From assembly GCF_009914755.1 (NCBI RefSeq), contig NC_060929.1: DNA of 64,000 nt, one strand, 5' to 3'. Of the stretch, positions 1 to 14,253 are shown in pieces. The translations under genes and the position numbers were made by a program. Origin of the DNA: the human T2T-CHM13v2.0 reference genome, Homo sapiens. The notes under the pieces were generated by a model, which ran no database searches, was not told where the DNA came from, and was given only the letters and a program-made list of their open reading frames with translations. The stretch's first letter is position 1; the number at the start of each line of letters is the position of its first letter.

Positions 1-73
1 TGAGCATTTTTGGAGGGCACAGGCTACACAAAATACAGTGTATCTAATATCATTTCTTTTATAATATACTACC

Positions 74-387
<314 letters not shown>

Positions 388-424
388 TTACAGCTTACAA
401 CTGTCAGGCCTCGTCAGAAAGTCC

Positions 425-535
425 TGTATTAGTTTCTTATTGCTGCTTAACAAATTGTCACCAATTTAGTAACTTGAAGCAATACAAATTTATTATCTTA
501 TAGTTATGAATATCAGAGTCCCAGAATGGGCCACA
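425..535 (-). mobile_element. MaLR LTR fragment (MLT1-type)
   Basis: TGTATTAGTTTCTTATTGCTGCTTAACAAATT...AAATTTATTATCTTATAGTT resembles the reverse-complemented MLT1 3' terminus. Confidence 0.65.
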
Positions 536-559
536 AACTGCTCTGAGCACTAAATGGTG

Positions 560-745
560 ATAAACCCACAGCAACCCTATGAGATAAGCATCATTGTTAT
601 CATCATCCTTATTTAACAGAAGCAAAAAACAAAGGCCAGAGAAGAAAAGTAATGGCTCAGAGCTTCCCAGCTATTGAGTGACACAGGTAAGACTAAGCCC
701 AAACATTGTGGCCCCAGAGCTCACACTCCCAGCATTACTCTATAG
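560..745 (-). mobile_element. MIR SINE
   Basis: CAGCAACCCTATGAGATAAG...CCTTATTTAACAGA...CCCCAGAGCTCACACT resembles the antisense MIR core. Confidence 0.6.
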
Positions 746-769
746 TGAACTGTTTAGCCGGGGTTCCTG

Positions 770-1650
770 TAACAGCCTCCTACTCCCTAGTCTCCAGGCC
801 TCCTAACGCATCCCACACTTCAATCTACTACAGAAGCCACAGCGAATTTCCAAAGATATCAATCTGCTCATATGTCCTTCATGTTTAAAACACTCAGTAG
901 CTCTTCCATTCCCCTCCAGGTAAAGTCAAGACACTTGCCTGTGGTTGAATAGGCTCTGGTGATGTGATCCTGGTCACTCTTCATCGGCATCTCTGGTCCT
1001 TCCCTCTGCCTCTACCCCTCACTGCACACAATGACATAACCATAGCAAACATTCTGCTCAATACATTCTCCCATTCCCACTTGTCCCAGGCCTTAGCAAG
1101 TGATGTTCTTTCCACCTGGAAACTTTCTCTTCCGCCTCTTTGTTGACTATCTCCAAATGATAAGTCTCAGCCTAAATGTCTCAACCTCTGATCCATGGTC
1201 CTTCAACACTCAGTCTAAATTGGAACCCTTGATAGAGCCTTTCATCACAACTTGTGTTTTCCTTTATAGCAACATCGTACGTATGCATGTATGTAATTAT
1301 TCAGTCAACACTGACTTTCACCAATAGTAAGTTTCACGATGGCAAGGACAGTGTCTATTTTGTTAGTTAACTGTAAACTCAGCTTTTAGCACACTTCCTG
1401 GTAAACACAGGCAACCAAATATTGTCCATGTGCCTCCTGTGAGCTCACTGTGCTTCTCGCCTATAGCATTCCTCACAATACAGTTTATTGTCACTGCCTA
1501 TTTCTGTATTCCCCATTAGATTTCACTATTTTACACACTATGAGGACAAAGACTATATCTGACTTGGACCTCACTACTGAACCCCCAGTATCTAGCACAG
1601 AGTCAGCATATCGTGGACACTCAAACATTCCAGAATAAATGAATAAACAA
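770..1650 (+). mobile_element. L2 LINE 3' fragments
   Basis: Pyrimidine-rich L2 motifs (TTTAAAACACTCAGTAGCTCTTCCATT; GGCAAGGACAGTGTCTATTTTG) and an L2-type end GAATAAATGAATAAA. Boundaries approximate. Confidence 0.55.
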
Positions 1651-2886
1651 GCATAAACAACTGGCCCATTTGGGGTAACAATCCTCTTTATTACTACTGC
1701 CATAAATCAGATCAAGGGATTGAAGGATTGTTCTACTTTAACCACTTTAAAGGAATAGAATCTATTTAGAACATTGAGAGAAAGCTATCAGCTTCAAATT
1801 CTGACCAAATATTGTTTATTAGCCAAAACAGACAACAGGGCCAACTCAGGCCTCGATAAGAAACAATCCATGAGTTTAGTCAAAGATCTCATGAGTGACC
1901 ACTCAGACAGAAAATTTGGCATCTACCTGCCAACTCCTACAGAAACCAAGAGCCAAGAACTGCAAAGAATGATCCCAGAGGTAACTGACTGACTGACTGT
2001 ACCTACCAGTAGTCATTATATTACTCCCCGTTAAAGGCTTAAAGGGAGGTCTTGAAGACAAAAATTTATAATTAAATGACGTTTCATCATGCTGAAAGGA
2101 GAAAAAGATATATTCAAATGGAAAAAAAAGCAAAGGCAAAGTAAAATATATTAACAGGATCTGATGAGACTACAGATGAAAAACAATTCCTGAAAAAGAT
2201 GATCCATCTTCTCAATGGGAAATACATAGGTCTTTTCTACACATAGTATTTAAATGAAGACAACATTAATGTCTCTTTCTGACCTGGCTCCAGAAAGTCT
2301 GCTCACTCTTGGAAGTGATGACTACATCCTTTGAGTGCTAGAATAGAACTATATTGTTTTGTCCAATGGGTGAATCATAATTGCCCAGTTGGATATGAAG
2401 GAATTTTAGAGCAATCTTGGAGCGCATAAATATGAAGCAAGAACAGTTCTGTTATGGTAATGATAGTAATCCCAAAATGCCACAAATACACTGGTATTTC
2501 AATAAATTAATAAGAATATTTCATGGTGACATGAATGCCCTTGTGTCTTCCCACTAGTAAAGGGGACACATGTTGGGTTGATCAAACTTCATCTTCTCTA
2601 TAATTTAAAACCCTTTCCAACCACAGTGCAATTAGCTCCATACTCTACTCCTAATACCAGGATTCCGAACATAAGGATCCAAGTTTACCTACTTAATTTA
2701 CCTTCGTTCAATATCCTCTAATCACCTTTGCCATGTTTTTCAACATCTCATTAGTGCTGAAATTAATACCTTAATATGAGTGACACAAATTTTGCTCTGT
2801 TTGGCTTATTCCCTCAGTAATCTAGGAACCAGCCCCCTTGACACAAAATAGAAACATAAGTAAAATACTTTTAAAAGAAAAAAAAG

Positions 2887-3182
2887 GGCCAGGCATGGTG
2901 GCTCATACCTGTAATCCCAGCACTTTGGGAGGCCAAGGTGGGTGGATCACGATGTCAGGAGTTCAAGACCAGCCTGACCAACATGGTGAAACCCCATCTC
3001 TACTAAAAATACAAAAATTAGCCAGGGCATGGTGGTGCCCATCTGTAATCCCAGCTACTCAGGAGGCTGAGGCAGGAGAATCACTTGAACCCGGAAGGCA
3101 GAGATTGCAGTGAGCCTAGAGAGCACCACTGCACTCCAGCCTGGGCGACAGAGCGACACTCCGACTCAAAAACTAAAAAGAA

Positions 3183-3213
<31 letters not shown>

Positions 3214-3232
3214 AAGAAAGAAAGAAAGAAAG
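2887..3232 (+). mobile_element. Alu SINE (AluS, Sg-like) with tail converted to (GAAA)n/(GA)n microsatellite
   Basis: Full dimeric Alu at 2887-3167, followed by AAAG/GA repeats to 3232. Confidence 0.93.
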
Positions 3233-5199
3233 CAGTATGTTGCTGACAACATGCACAGTGGTTCCACTTGCTTTAAAGCTGTTATGCCAAATTTGACTGA
3301 GCATTTACTCCCCACACTGAAGCACCTCCCAGGCAGCAATAAAGGTCCTACATACATGGTTACCCTGCCTTGGACAATCAAAGCCCTATTGCATGCCTTT
3401 CTGCTCTTAACTATTGTGTGCCTGCTAATAGGCAATGCTCCCTATTGGCACTGAATTTGGAAGAAATTTCTTGTGGAGCAGTTTTTAAAACTGTAACCAG
3501 GAAAAGAAAAAAAAAAAAAACATTAAAACCAATCAACCAAAGAAGTCGTTTTGGCTATTTGCTGCATTGCCAGGGACTAGTTTTTATTTTTAGAAACACT
3601 TTCATGAAACAGAGCTTTAGGTATTTTTACCAAGTATAGCTGATCCAGTTACTTTTCTTCATTCTTATTTCCGGTATATTTTTAGCCGCAAGAGTTACTT
3701 TCTCTGGTAAAAGAGGTGCTGTCCCAAAAATAAATAAAACTTGGGTGGACAAAAAGGACATGGTCCACAGGTCTATTCTTGGGAAGTGCAAAGCAGCTCT
3801 GAGGACCCAATCTCATGAAGCTGTCCTCAGCCACAGACATCTAAAGGATGCAGAGGAGCTAGTTGACTTGGTAGCCCAGCACTTGAAAATTTCTAGAAAG
3901 CAGAACCAAAATAGCATTTTTCTCCTGCTGCCCTACAATAATGTCCATGCATATGATCTTTGTGGGGCCTACAGGTTCTTTGTAGGAAGTCTTTTAGTAA
4001 ACAAAACCCCAGAAGAAAAGCCCCCACCACACTACTCAGTGCTTTAATGAGATTAGAAAAAGACACCTCTTTCTCCTCATCCCATCTCAGGACTTGGCTT
4101 GTGAGCAAAGCATGGACTGGGTTTCAGCCTCCCTTCACCCCCTTGGCCTGACGTCTCACTGTCATTGAATAGCACCTGGATTTCTTTGAAACACTGGGAC
4201 AATACTTCTTCTTACATTAATTGATTACATGTTTCAGCCATGACCACAGGTAAGGTACCTGGGCTCTGGAGAATTCAAAGGTGAATGAAATGGTAACTAT
4301 CTTCAAAAAAGAGCCCTCAATCTCAGTGAAAGTATGAGCAAAGGTATAAAAGGTGCTAAGATAAAATGTGCCCGATGCTGGTTAATTTTATGGTTTCACT
4401 TGCGTATAGGAAAGTCATGGGTGATTGAGCTTAAAAATGAGCTTACGTGACTAATCAAGAGAAGACCATGATACGGCAGTTATAGAGAACAGAAATGGTT
4501 TGTCAACACTGAACTTTGAGGATGTGAACTTAGTGATGGTCAGCAGGATAGATTAGTGTATCCTAGCTGGCCTCTCTGCTTCCAGCCTCTTTAGATACTC
4601 TAATGATCATTTAACACAGAGGCTAGCTAGGAAGTTGATAGATTATATTACTGCTCAAACATTCCAAGGGAATAGTATACATCCCTAATCCAATAACCTC
4701 AGGCTGGGATGTGTCACTTACTTTAGACAATAAAATGGGAATACATAGTATATGCACCACTTTCAAGCAAAATTTTAAGAGCCATTTTATGGTTCTATAA
4801 TACGCTCTTTTCTTTTTGCCCCAATGTCCCGATCAGGGCTGTTCCTTCAGTCGGGGTCCCAGAATGATTATACTTTGGAGCAGAGCTGCAGTCAACTCAT
4901 AATAGACAAACGGCAGCATCAAGAAATAACTCTCTTGTTTTAGCAAGTGATACCAATTTGGAGATTGTTTGTTAGCGCAGCGTAACATCCTAAGTTCACT
5001 GATATGGGAAGCTAGTGCACCTTGAAGGTGAACACAATAAGGTCTTAGGCTAAACATAAGAAGTGATATTGGATAGAAAAGGGCAGAGATAATAAAAATC
5101 ACAACAACGAGAAATCGACATCACTTAGTATTTATGTGTCCAGCAGTATGTTAATCACATCTCATTTAATCGTCTCAAAGGCAGAACTCAAACACATAT

Positions 5200-5848
5200 C
5201 TAACACCACAGTATGTGCTCTGAATTTTCCCAGTAACCAACAAAGCTTGGTGATTTTTCGTGCATGTGTAGTAAGATTAACTCAGCAAATCTAGGTGGCT
5301 CAAGCCCTGCACATGCCCAAGAAAAACCTCTCTTCAAGACTGAACTTAGGCCAGCTCCTGAGAGTAAGCCTTGAGCCACAGGTATATTCTGCCTGGTAAG
5401 AGTGTTGTATGCCTCAGGCCTTGGAGCATGTGGTACCAGTTTGATCAGATAGTTTATGCTAACAATGTGATGCATGATGGCTGCCTGTTCCTTCTCTGAG
5501 GAGCTGAAGTCTGAGTAGCTGAGGTAAGTCATACAGGTGCTGCATGACTATGTGGCTGGCCTCCATTAAAAACATCAAAGCTCAAGTGTTTCCCTGGTTG
5601 ACAACACTTTGCATATGTCACACGGTATTGCTTGCAGAATTAAGTGCATCTGTGCAATTCTACTGGAAAAAAACTTTTAGAAGCTTGCACCTAATTTCTC
5701 CTGGACTTTTCCCCACATATCTTTTGCTTTTCAGATTTTAGTCTGTATTCTTTCACTAAGTAAAACATAATTGTGACTATAACAACTTTTCTGAGTCCCA
5801 TGCATCCTTTTAGCAAGTCTGAGGGTGGCCTTGGGAACCCCTGATACA
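5200..5848 (+). mobile_element. ERVL-class solo LTR (MER21/MER77/MER68-like)
   Basis: Ends ...CTGAGGGTGGCCTTGGGAACCCCTGATACA and contains TTTCCCTGGTTGACAACACTTTGCATATGTCACAC, typical of this LTR group. 5' boundary uncertain. Confidence 0.55.
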
Positions 5849-7869
5849 GTAGTGTACATGAGACAGGTTAATGTCAAAGATGACACCAAATTTCCAAGGC
5901 CAGGTGATTCAGAAAATGGTAGTTTAGTGAACAGATACGGGAAAGTCAGAAGGAACTGGTGAGCTGGGAGGGTGGGTAAAGAAAGAAGCCGAGGAAGCAA
6001 GTGGAGGATGGAAGGTAAATTTGGTAGCTGACATTCAATTTGACTTCCATATCCAGGTAGGAACATCCAATGGGCAATAGAAAATGTACAACTGGAATCT
6101 GTGATGAAAGCCCAGAATGGGAATATAGTTAATGGTTAAAACCATGAGAATGAATAAGGCACTGAGGAAAAGATTAGAGAAAAAAACAGCAAGGAGTTGA
6201 ACACAAACTGTGAAGGATGAAACTTGGCTGTCTACATATGAAAAAACAATGAGAAGGAAAACAAATTTTACCTATTTTCAATTCATCATGAAAGATTCTG
6301 TTTAATTTTATATATTAAGCTAGTTATACTGTATACTTTTCACAGGAAATATTTGCTAAAGAGTTTTTTCTTGATACTAAATAACATTTTAAAATCAGCT
6401 GTATTTATTTCCTCATTGAAGCCTCATTTTAAGGGCATTTAGAAGTTTGTCTTATGAGCAAAATATTCAGATGTAATTATGATAAGCATTGAAATATATA
6501 TATATTTATATATGAAATAGTTTGGAGTTATTTCCAAATAAACTGGGGCAGAGAAAAGCCCCAGTCATTCCTGATGCTACTTCATGTATCTATGTGGCTA
6601 ACACCAGGTCTATTTCTATATGTTTATTTGCGGTTTTAGCTACCCCAAAAATTAGGGTCAAAAGAAAGATAACAATAAAGTCAGTCAAGGTCCTATGGGG
6701 TTTCATTTCACTTAACACATTTCTATTTTTCTGCATTTTCTTTAAATGGCAAACAGAGCTAGACACCAAGAGCATCGGACTCAACTCAAGCCACTCACTT
6801 TTGTTTCTGCTTCCTCCAGAGGTGATTTTTTAAAAATATTCTCATGTGCTTTTAGACTTTTATTCTTCTATGGAAGAACATGTTTGATCATTTCAGAAAC
6901 TCCTTTAAATAATGTTGCTGTCAAAATCAGAGTTTCTGGCTGACTTCCCCCATTTCACCGGAAGAGGCAGCCCCCCAAGTTTATGACCTCAGGTACTTCT
7001 TACTGAAGTTTTAGAAAATACTGGATCTGCCTTCACTTTTCGTTTTCATTTTCTTAGCCCTACTCTTTTGTGTGAGAGAATACATGTTTATGGCTATCTT
7101 TCAAAGAGATTTATGAATTGGTTCTAGGGCTGCATATGAGACAGTGAGCGCTAGGGAAGTCAGTTCTACAGCCAGTTGCACCCTGCTACACTTCCTTCAA
7201 TGAAGAGTTCCAGTCCATCATCTTAGGGTCAAGTTGTTGAGAAAGTCTTCAAAGTGTAACATTCAAACTAGTGTCTCAAAAGCTCCCCCATGTGTGCGCA
7301 TGAAAAATAACTCATCAAGGGAAAGTTTCACTGGAGTACATGCAGAATAAGAACAGGGACCAATTTTCAGATCTAAAAAATGTAAGATACAAGAAAACAC
7401 CACATTCTATAATTATCATTTTATTTACATGTGTCATGTTTAACATCTAAAAGAATAATTAGGTGGGCTGTTTTGTACAGATTATAACATTAGCAAATGA
7501 AATGAATGCACTAAAAACAATTATTTTTCTGTAAAAGGTATGAAAAAACAGGGCAAAAAAATGAAAAACACTTGGAATTTTTCCAACCATAAGTATACTC
7601 AAAAAAGAAATGATAAGCCCTCTGAATATAGTAACTGATTTATGTTTTAGCCCAAGAAATGAATTCTATGAAAATAAACCAACCAAAACATTAGTTGTAC
7701 TTTCCAGAAAGCAATTGCCTAATGGAAATGCCTTCCATTTCTCCTTTTAGCCCATTTATCTTTCCCTTAGGGGAAAACACACTACAGCTAAGACTACTGT
7801 GTAAATCAGCTACTTCCAAGCAAAAGGTGTGCTTCCCAGAATATTAAAACTAAGGCTGGCTTGAAAGAT

Positions 7870-8330
7870 GTTCTATTCTAACCTCCCTCTTTTATAGGTG
7901 AAGAATGTGAACTCAGAGAGGTGAATGGACTTGTCCCAGTTCAGAGAGTTGGCGGAAAATTTGAGAGCAGAACCCTAATCTGTTTTATAGTTCAATCATT
8001 ATCACTTTATACTATTCTGCCTCCCAGTTTTTAGTAATAGTAACAAATTATAAATAGAAAAAATACTAACAAATATTTCTAACGCTAAAATGTGCTGATC
8101 ATTTACTCTGTGCCATTTAAAATGCCTTTAAATACATTATATGAATTAGCTCATTTGGTACTAAGAATTAACTTCTGAAAAAAAGTTGTATTCTCTCCAT
8201 TTTACAGATGAGGAAATCAAGGCACAGAGAAGCACAGTACCTACCCAGGGATCTTAAAGAGTAAGTGTTGAAGCTACTGTAATAGCTAAGCAGTCTAACT
8301 CTACAGACCAGATTCTTAACCACAAATAAC
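7870..8330 (-). mobile_element. Two MIR SINEs
   Basis: Antisense MIR cores TTTATAGGTGAAGAATGTGAACTCAGAGAGGTGAA and CCATTTTACAGATGAGGAAATCAAGGCACAGAGA. Confidence 0.7.
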
Positions 8331-8769
8331 TAAATAGTATAAAGAAAATAGAATTGTTATTCAAAATTCAAAGGGGCATCAGCTATGGTATTAAATCTTA
8401 TCTTTTGGCAACATAAAATTGAAACCTGTGATAATTCAAACAGAAATAGGGACCAACTTGAAACTAAAAAACAGCAACTAGCTTAAAAGAAAAACCCTTA
8501 CCTAATTAGGTGAACAAACTTGAAGCTTTCCAAGTACTGAACTTCATACAAATCATACAAATAGAGGGGCAGCATTTTTCAGTATGGTAACGCAAATCAT
8601 GCCACCCTATAATTAGAAATTATTCTTACCTATTCATTAAAGCAATCCCTGTCCTAGGCAATTATTGGTTAGCCTAGTTTTCAAGTAATAAAACTAAATG
8701 TCTTAAGTGGAGGTAATCTCTACTACTTTTCTAATTGATCCAAATTAGTATGAACTTCTTAAATAAACA

Positions 8770-10370
8770 ATGACCACTCAACTTCCAAATCCAATGGGAG
8801 CCTGAAGTCTGACCTTGCCAAGCCTCTCTGCAGTCTTTGACTCTGTTTGCTTCCTCTCTCCTCCTGACATGATTTCCTTTCTTGGCTTCTACGACATCAC
8901 TCCCCTGGCCCTTGCCTGGTGCTACAGATCACTCCTTCACTGTAGCAAGTTCCTCCTCATCTATTTGATTGTTAAAGGTTGGTACTCCCAGAAGTTTGTT
9001 TCTGTTGGGTTCTTCCTACTCCCCATCCCCACACTCAGCTTGAGTGACCACAGCCACACCCACTTCTTCTACTACTACTCAGGGGCTGATGCTCAGCTTC
9101 CAAACTGGGGTGTCGCAACTAGTCCTCTTCCCCAATGCCTACACTGTCCATGGAAATACCTCAAATTCAGCATAATCAAATCCAAATCCCACACATTTCA
9201 CCAAAAATCCTATTCCTCTTCTTGTATTCCTTATTTTGCTTAATGGATCCCACCAGTCAACAAACCTAAACCTTGAATCATCGAAAAGTCCTTCCCTGTC
9301 TCCCAGAATACATACAGCTTGGCCATAATTGCAACGAACTGTGCTTTCTAAATTGAACCAGAGTCTTCCACTCTCTCTTGCATTCTCATGAAAATCATCC
9401 AGACTCCGCCTTCATTGCCACTGTTCCTCCACAAGCCAAAAACCTGTCCCAGATTGGATTCCACCAGAAGTAGAGCCTGAGCTAAGAATTTAAGCATGAG
9501 TAGTTTTTCGAGAAGGGATTCCAGGAAGCAAAATGTAGGAGGGTATGGAAGAATGGCAAGTATGGGAAGGAACAATACTGGTGTGTAAATGACCAGACAA
9601 CTGCTGTGATCAGGTGAGACTCAATGTCACCGGGAACCTCCAAGATATTATACAAAACCTGCTGCAGACTCATCCTCACCAGGGGTGAAGAATCTGAGCT
9701 ATTCATGCATCATTGTCTGAGCGATGCTCTCAAGGATGTTAACTTCTGGTGCTTTGGGCCTGCCTCATTACAGTCTTGCAAACTTGTAGTCTCTGAGACT
9801 TGTAGCTGTTGTCTTGTACAGTAACAGTGACTGCCAAGGGAATATGAGAGGGGCACTGGCAACACTTGCCACAGAAACCTTCCAAGGCTCTCATAAAATC
9901 CAAGTGCCTCTGGTGCAGCCTGCAAGTCATTCCATGACCTGTGTCCTACTTTCTTCTCCAGCATCATTTCTCAGTCTTTCTGGTCTAATATTTATGTGCT
10001 ATAATCCTATCAACCTACTAACGGTCCCCAAGTCCATAATGCTATTGCCACCTCTGTTTTGTACTTACTACTCCCCCTTCTCAGAATGTCCACCTCTGTC
10101 TCCCAATCCTATTTTCATCTACCTGGAATACACCAACTTTTTAGGAAGATACAGCTCTCAGATCTCTTTCTCTCTCAAGAGCCTTCCCTCAATTCCTTGT
10201 ACCCTAGCTGGGCACTTCCACCTGTGCCACTGCCCTGCCTTCTGTCTCTCTCATCAAATTGCACAGTAGTTGTTTGTGCACATGGCTACACCAGGCTGCC
10301 AGAGTGTGAATTCCCAACAAGAAAGGACTCTGCATAATTTGTCTCTGTTTCCCCAGCACCAAGCCCAATG
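8770..10370 (+). mobile_element. Degraded L2 LINE, interrupted by an LTR at about 9445-9870
   Basis: L2-like motifs on both sides of the LTR (TCCAAATCCAATGG...TTGGCTTCTACGACATCACTC; CTGTTTCCCCAGCACCAAGCCCAATGC). Confidence 0.5.
9445..9870 (-). mobile_element. ERVL LTR, LTR33-like
   Basis: Starts TGTCCCAGATTGGATTCCACCAGAAGTAGAGCCTGAGCTAAGAATTTAAGCATGAGTAGTTT, resembling the antisense LTR33 terminus. Confidence 0.5.
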
Positions 10371-11979
10371 CAAAAAAAAGAGGAAAAATTAAATAATAAT
10401 AATTCCTGAGTTATATATTATACAAAATAAATAATAAATCTGTAATTAAAATGGCAAACAACAGCCAGACCAAGGAAACTTTGGAAAAAAATATATAGTA
10501 ATTTTCCCTTTAGTACGTGCTTTAAAAAAAAATGACTAATTAGGAATTTTGCTTTCTCTACCTATGAGCTATAAATCAATTTTTTTCACTCTGCTTCAGC
10601 TTCTCAAGCTGTGTGCCTCTTTATTAGCAGTGATTTCCTTAAAGGGAATCAAATGCTTAAGAGCCCCTAATAAATCCTTATGGATTTAATACATTCATGG
10701 ATATTTTGTGACCACATTTCAACCTCTCTAACTCAGAGTCTCTTCTATGTGCCTGACAGTGAGCTGCCTTCACATTGAACCCAATTAGATACTCCTAAAA
10801 GGAAGAAACACGTGTTGTAATTGCCCTCCTAAGACTCTTTGCAGGCCCCTCTAGGTCACTTGCTTCCGTTCCTCTGCAGGGGGGTTCTGCCAGCTCCAGC
10901 ACTGATGGGCAGAAAGCCAGTGCAGCATTGGGCAGGGGCAGCCCTGCGCATGAACTTTCACTGGATCCATCACAAGCAATGCATTTATATGCAAATATAC
11001 CCAAACCTGAATAATGATTAAATTCGGATTCTGGGAACTTCCTGGAGACAAAAGAGGATGAAAAAGGAGAAAGAAGTAATGAACTGTATATCTAAAGGCT
11101 TCTAGTTCAAAACTGACTTGATGTACATTGATGTGAAAGCTAAACATATGGTAGATATCTTTGATCTGGGATCTGTGACACAGTTTGTGCTTGGCATCTG
11201 TTGTTTGTGATTTTGTGATGCATTGATCACTGTCACCATGTCTGATAGAAACTAAATTGCCTTCAGTCCATGCAGACGTGATTGCTGCTTTTACTCTCCT
11301 GCCCATTTGCATCCTTATAGTTTCCCAATGGGAAAGAAAAATAACCACAGTGGATCAGGTTTTAACATTGGGTGTTGCCTCTCATCACCTGTGTTTTGGA
11401 TTTGCCCTGGCCAACACTAGGATTCTTTCATCTGAGATGATAAAAATCTACCAATGCAGTAACAAGGACAAGGTGATCTGTTACAGAAAAAGCAAAGAAG
11501 GAAACTTGGAACGTCCTGCTCATAAGTCAGGTCTGCAGTTCATGTTTTATTTCACATTTGCAGACCCACTGCAGGCAGCCAAGGAGTTGCTATTTGAAAT
11601 GTTTTGCTGACCTCATAAGAAACAATGTAAATAGACTTTGTATCCCAATGACGTCAATGTTAGAGCCAGTATCCATGTTCTTTTCTATTTTGTGAGACTT
11701 TTGTGTATATTGTTTCCAACTCCCTGTGCTCACCAGCAGTGTGTTCTGTTTTGGTGTAAACTGATACCAATCTTTGCGTGTTACCATTTCTCCTAGTTCC
11801 CCTACACTGACTATAAAATGAAGGATAACAGAGGGTAAAATGTAACATGGGTGACAGGGGCAGAGATGCCTGTACTGACCCCCTCTTTCCACTCCTATAC
11901 CCTTTGGTGCTTTTTCCCTGGGGACCTTGTTCTAGGGTTGTTTTATGGACAAAACTTTGCCCTTAAAGGTCTGGGCTTC

Positions 11980-13172
11980 TGTGTCAGGAAAAGCTCTCTC
12001 AAACCGTGTTTTTCCTCTACTCTCACGCCACCACAACAACAGTCATCAACACAGAAGAAGCCTTCTGTTACCCGAAGTGTGGAGTTTTGCCCCCACACAT
12101 CAAGCAGTGGACACCAACTGGGGGTCCTCTAATTCAATTCTGCCACTATCTACCTGGAGATAGCATCAGATCCCATAGGTTGAGGGCTCAGTCCCAAAGA
12201 TGCTTCCACCTGTAGACACCAGTCAGAAGTCTGGTGTCTTTTGACCAACCAACTTCAAGTTGGGGTTTCCATGACCCCTTCTTTGGGTTTGATTAACTGG
12301 AATTGGAAGCAGCTCACAGAACTCAGGGGAACACTTTTACCCTTACCAGTTTATTATAAAGTATATTACAAAGGATACAGATGTGTAGGGTGAGGTATGA
12401 GGGAAGATGCATGAGCTTCTGCGTCCTCCGTAGATGCACCACCCTCCAAGAACCTTCACGTGTTCAGCTATCTGGAAGCTCCCCAAACCCAATCCTCTTG
12501 GGTTGTTATGGAGGCTTCATTACATAAACATGATTGACAACCCTGTAGAAATGTGATTGGACAAAAAGTGCATGATCTAAACCCATCAATGCCTATCTAC
12601 TCAGACTTTTCTTGGCCTCTCTGTGTAGCATTCATTCCTCTTAGGTATAGAGCAGGACTCTTTCTGGAATGAGGGTATTTTGGTTTTTTGGGGTTTTTTC
12701 TTTATTTTTTCTAAAAAAAAAATGGGATAAATATGCAGAACGTGCAGGTTTGTTACACAGGTATACATGTGCCATGGTGGTTTGCTGCACCTATTGACCC
12801 ATCCTCTAAGTTCCCTCCCCTCACTGGTGTATATTGTTCCCCTCTCTGTGTCCATGTGTTCTCAGTGTTCAACTCCCACTTGTGAGTGAGAACATGCGGT
12901 GCTTGGTTTTCTGTTTCTGTGTTAGTTTGCTGAGGATGATGGCTTCCAGCTTCATCCATGTGCCTGCATAGGACAGGATCTGGAATGAGGGTATTTTGAC
13001 CGACAATCAGATTAGAGTCCTGCCTTGGGCAAGTGAAAGGAGGACAGGAGAAGGTTAGAGGGAAAGATTCCGTTTCCTGAGGCCTAAAGTGCCCCAACAT
13101 TATAACAAGGATTATGGGAGCTAGAAGCCAGGAACCATGGATGAAAACAAGTATCTATATCATAACACCACA
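11980..13172 (-). mobile_element. MER21-type LTR, interrupted by an L1 fragment
   Basis: TG...CA ends (TGTGTCAGGAAAAG...CATAACACCACA) and MER21 motif CTAATTCAATTCTGCCACTATCTACCTGGAGATAGCATCAGATCCCA. Confidence 0.75.
12683..12978 (-). mobile_element. 5'-truncated L1PA (L1PA8A-like) 3' end with 20-bp TSD
   Basis: Antisense L1 3'UTR (GTGCAGGTTTGTTACACAGGTATACATGTGCCATGGTGG...GTGAGAACATGCGG). TCTGGAATGAGGGTATTTTG occurs at 12663-12682 and 12979-12998. Confidence 0.9.
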
Positions 13173-13561
13173 GCGACCTAATTAAGTAATCCATTATCAA
13201 TAACGACAGCTAAAAATTCAACAAATATTCATTGTGTACCTCTTATGGGCAAGTTATGGCTTTTCTAAGCATATTCACTTCTTTTTTCTTTTTTTTAATT
13301 TCAACATTCCTTTGAGGAAAGAAAGGACAGAATTTTAATCCACATTTTGCCATCCAAGAAATTATGATATAGAATATCATATAGATATAGAATATGATAT
13401 AGAGAGGTTTTACACTTTATCTCCAATCAAAGAGCAAATCTATGAAAGGATTGGAATAAAATACAAGTCTAACAATAGAAAGTCCAGTGTCTTCTCCCTC
13501 TTCCTTCCCTAAGCTTACACCAAATTGCACTTTATAACACAGTAGTGAGAAGAAATTCTGA

Positions 13562-13700
13562 CCACAGAGGTTCTCAGCTTGGAGTCTATGCCCATGGATG
13601 GATGTAGAAGGTATTCAGACTCTTGAAACTGTATTCAAAAGGTTGGCATATGTGCATTTTTCGAAGGAGAGAATAAAAAAACTCTAAATGATTAAAAAAT
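13562..13700. mobile_element. hAT-Charlie DNA transposon fossil (MER103-like)
   Basis: CAGAGGTTCTCAGCTTGGAGTCTATG...ATGTGCATTTTT resembles MER103C. Confidence 0.4.
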
Positions 13701-13799
13701 TTTAATCATATGATTTATATTTTATATACTTGAATAACAAAGCAACCTCAATATTGCATGAAACCTGGTATTTCTCTTTCCTAGTCACCTAAAATGCAC

Positions 13800-14253
13800 C
13801 CTGTTACAATCGTTCACATATAACAAGCTACCTTAAAACTTAGTAGCTGAAAGTAACAACAGTGATTTCATTTTCTCACAAATCTACAATTTGGGGAAGG
13901 CTCAGAAGGCACAGCTCATCTCTGTGCCATGTAATGTCGGCTGGAATTGCTTGACAGGCTGAAGGATCTGCTTCAAAGATGACTCTCACACATGGCTGAC
14001 TGCAGTTTCCTCTCCATACGGGCCTTTCTATGGGCTTCTTCACAACATGTTGGCTGGGTTCTGGGAGCAAGCCTCTCAGGATACACAAAGTAGAAGCGAC
14101 CCATTTCTGAAGGTCTGCACCAGAAACTGACACCTCTACCCCATCCCATTGGTCAAGCAGTCACAAGAGGATACAAGGGGAAGAGACATAGACCCCATTT
14201 CTTGATGGAAGGAGTGTCAAAGGATTTTGAGGCCATGTTTTAAAGCTGCCATA
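13800..14253 (-). mobile_element. MaLR LTR (MLT1F/G/H-like)
   Basis: ACAAGCTACCTTAAAACTTAGTAGCTGAAAG...GACCCCATTTCTTGATGGAAGGAGTGTCAAAGGATTTTGAGGCCATGTTTTAAA. Confidence 0.7.

Noticed and set aside
1774-1992. 72-aa ORF ending near a donor-like CAGAG/GTAACT
   Set aside because: No convincing acceptor and no recognisable protein similarity.
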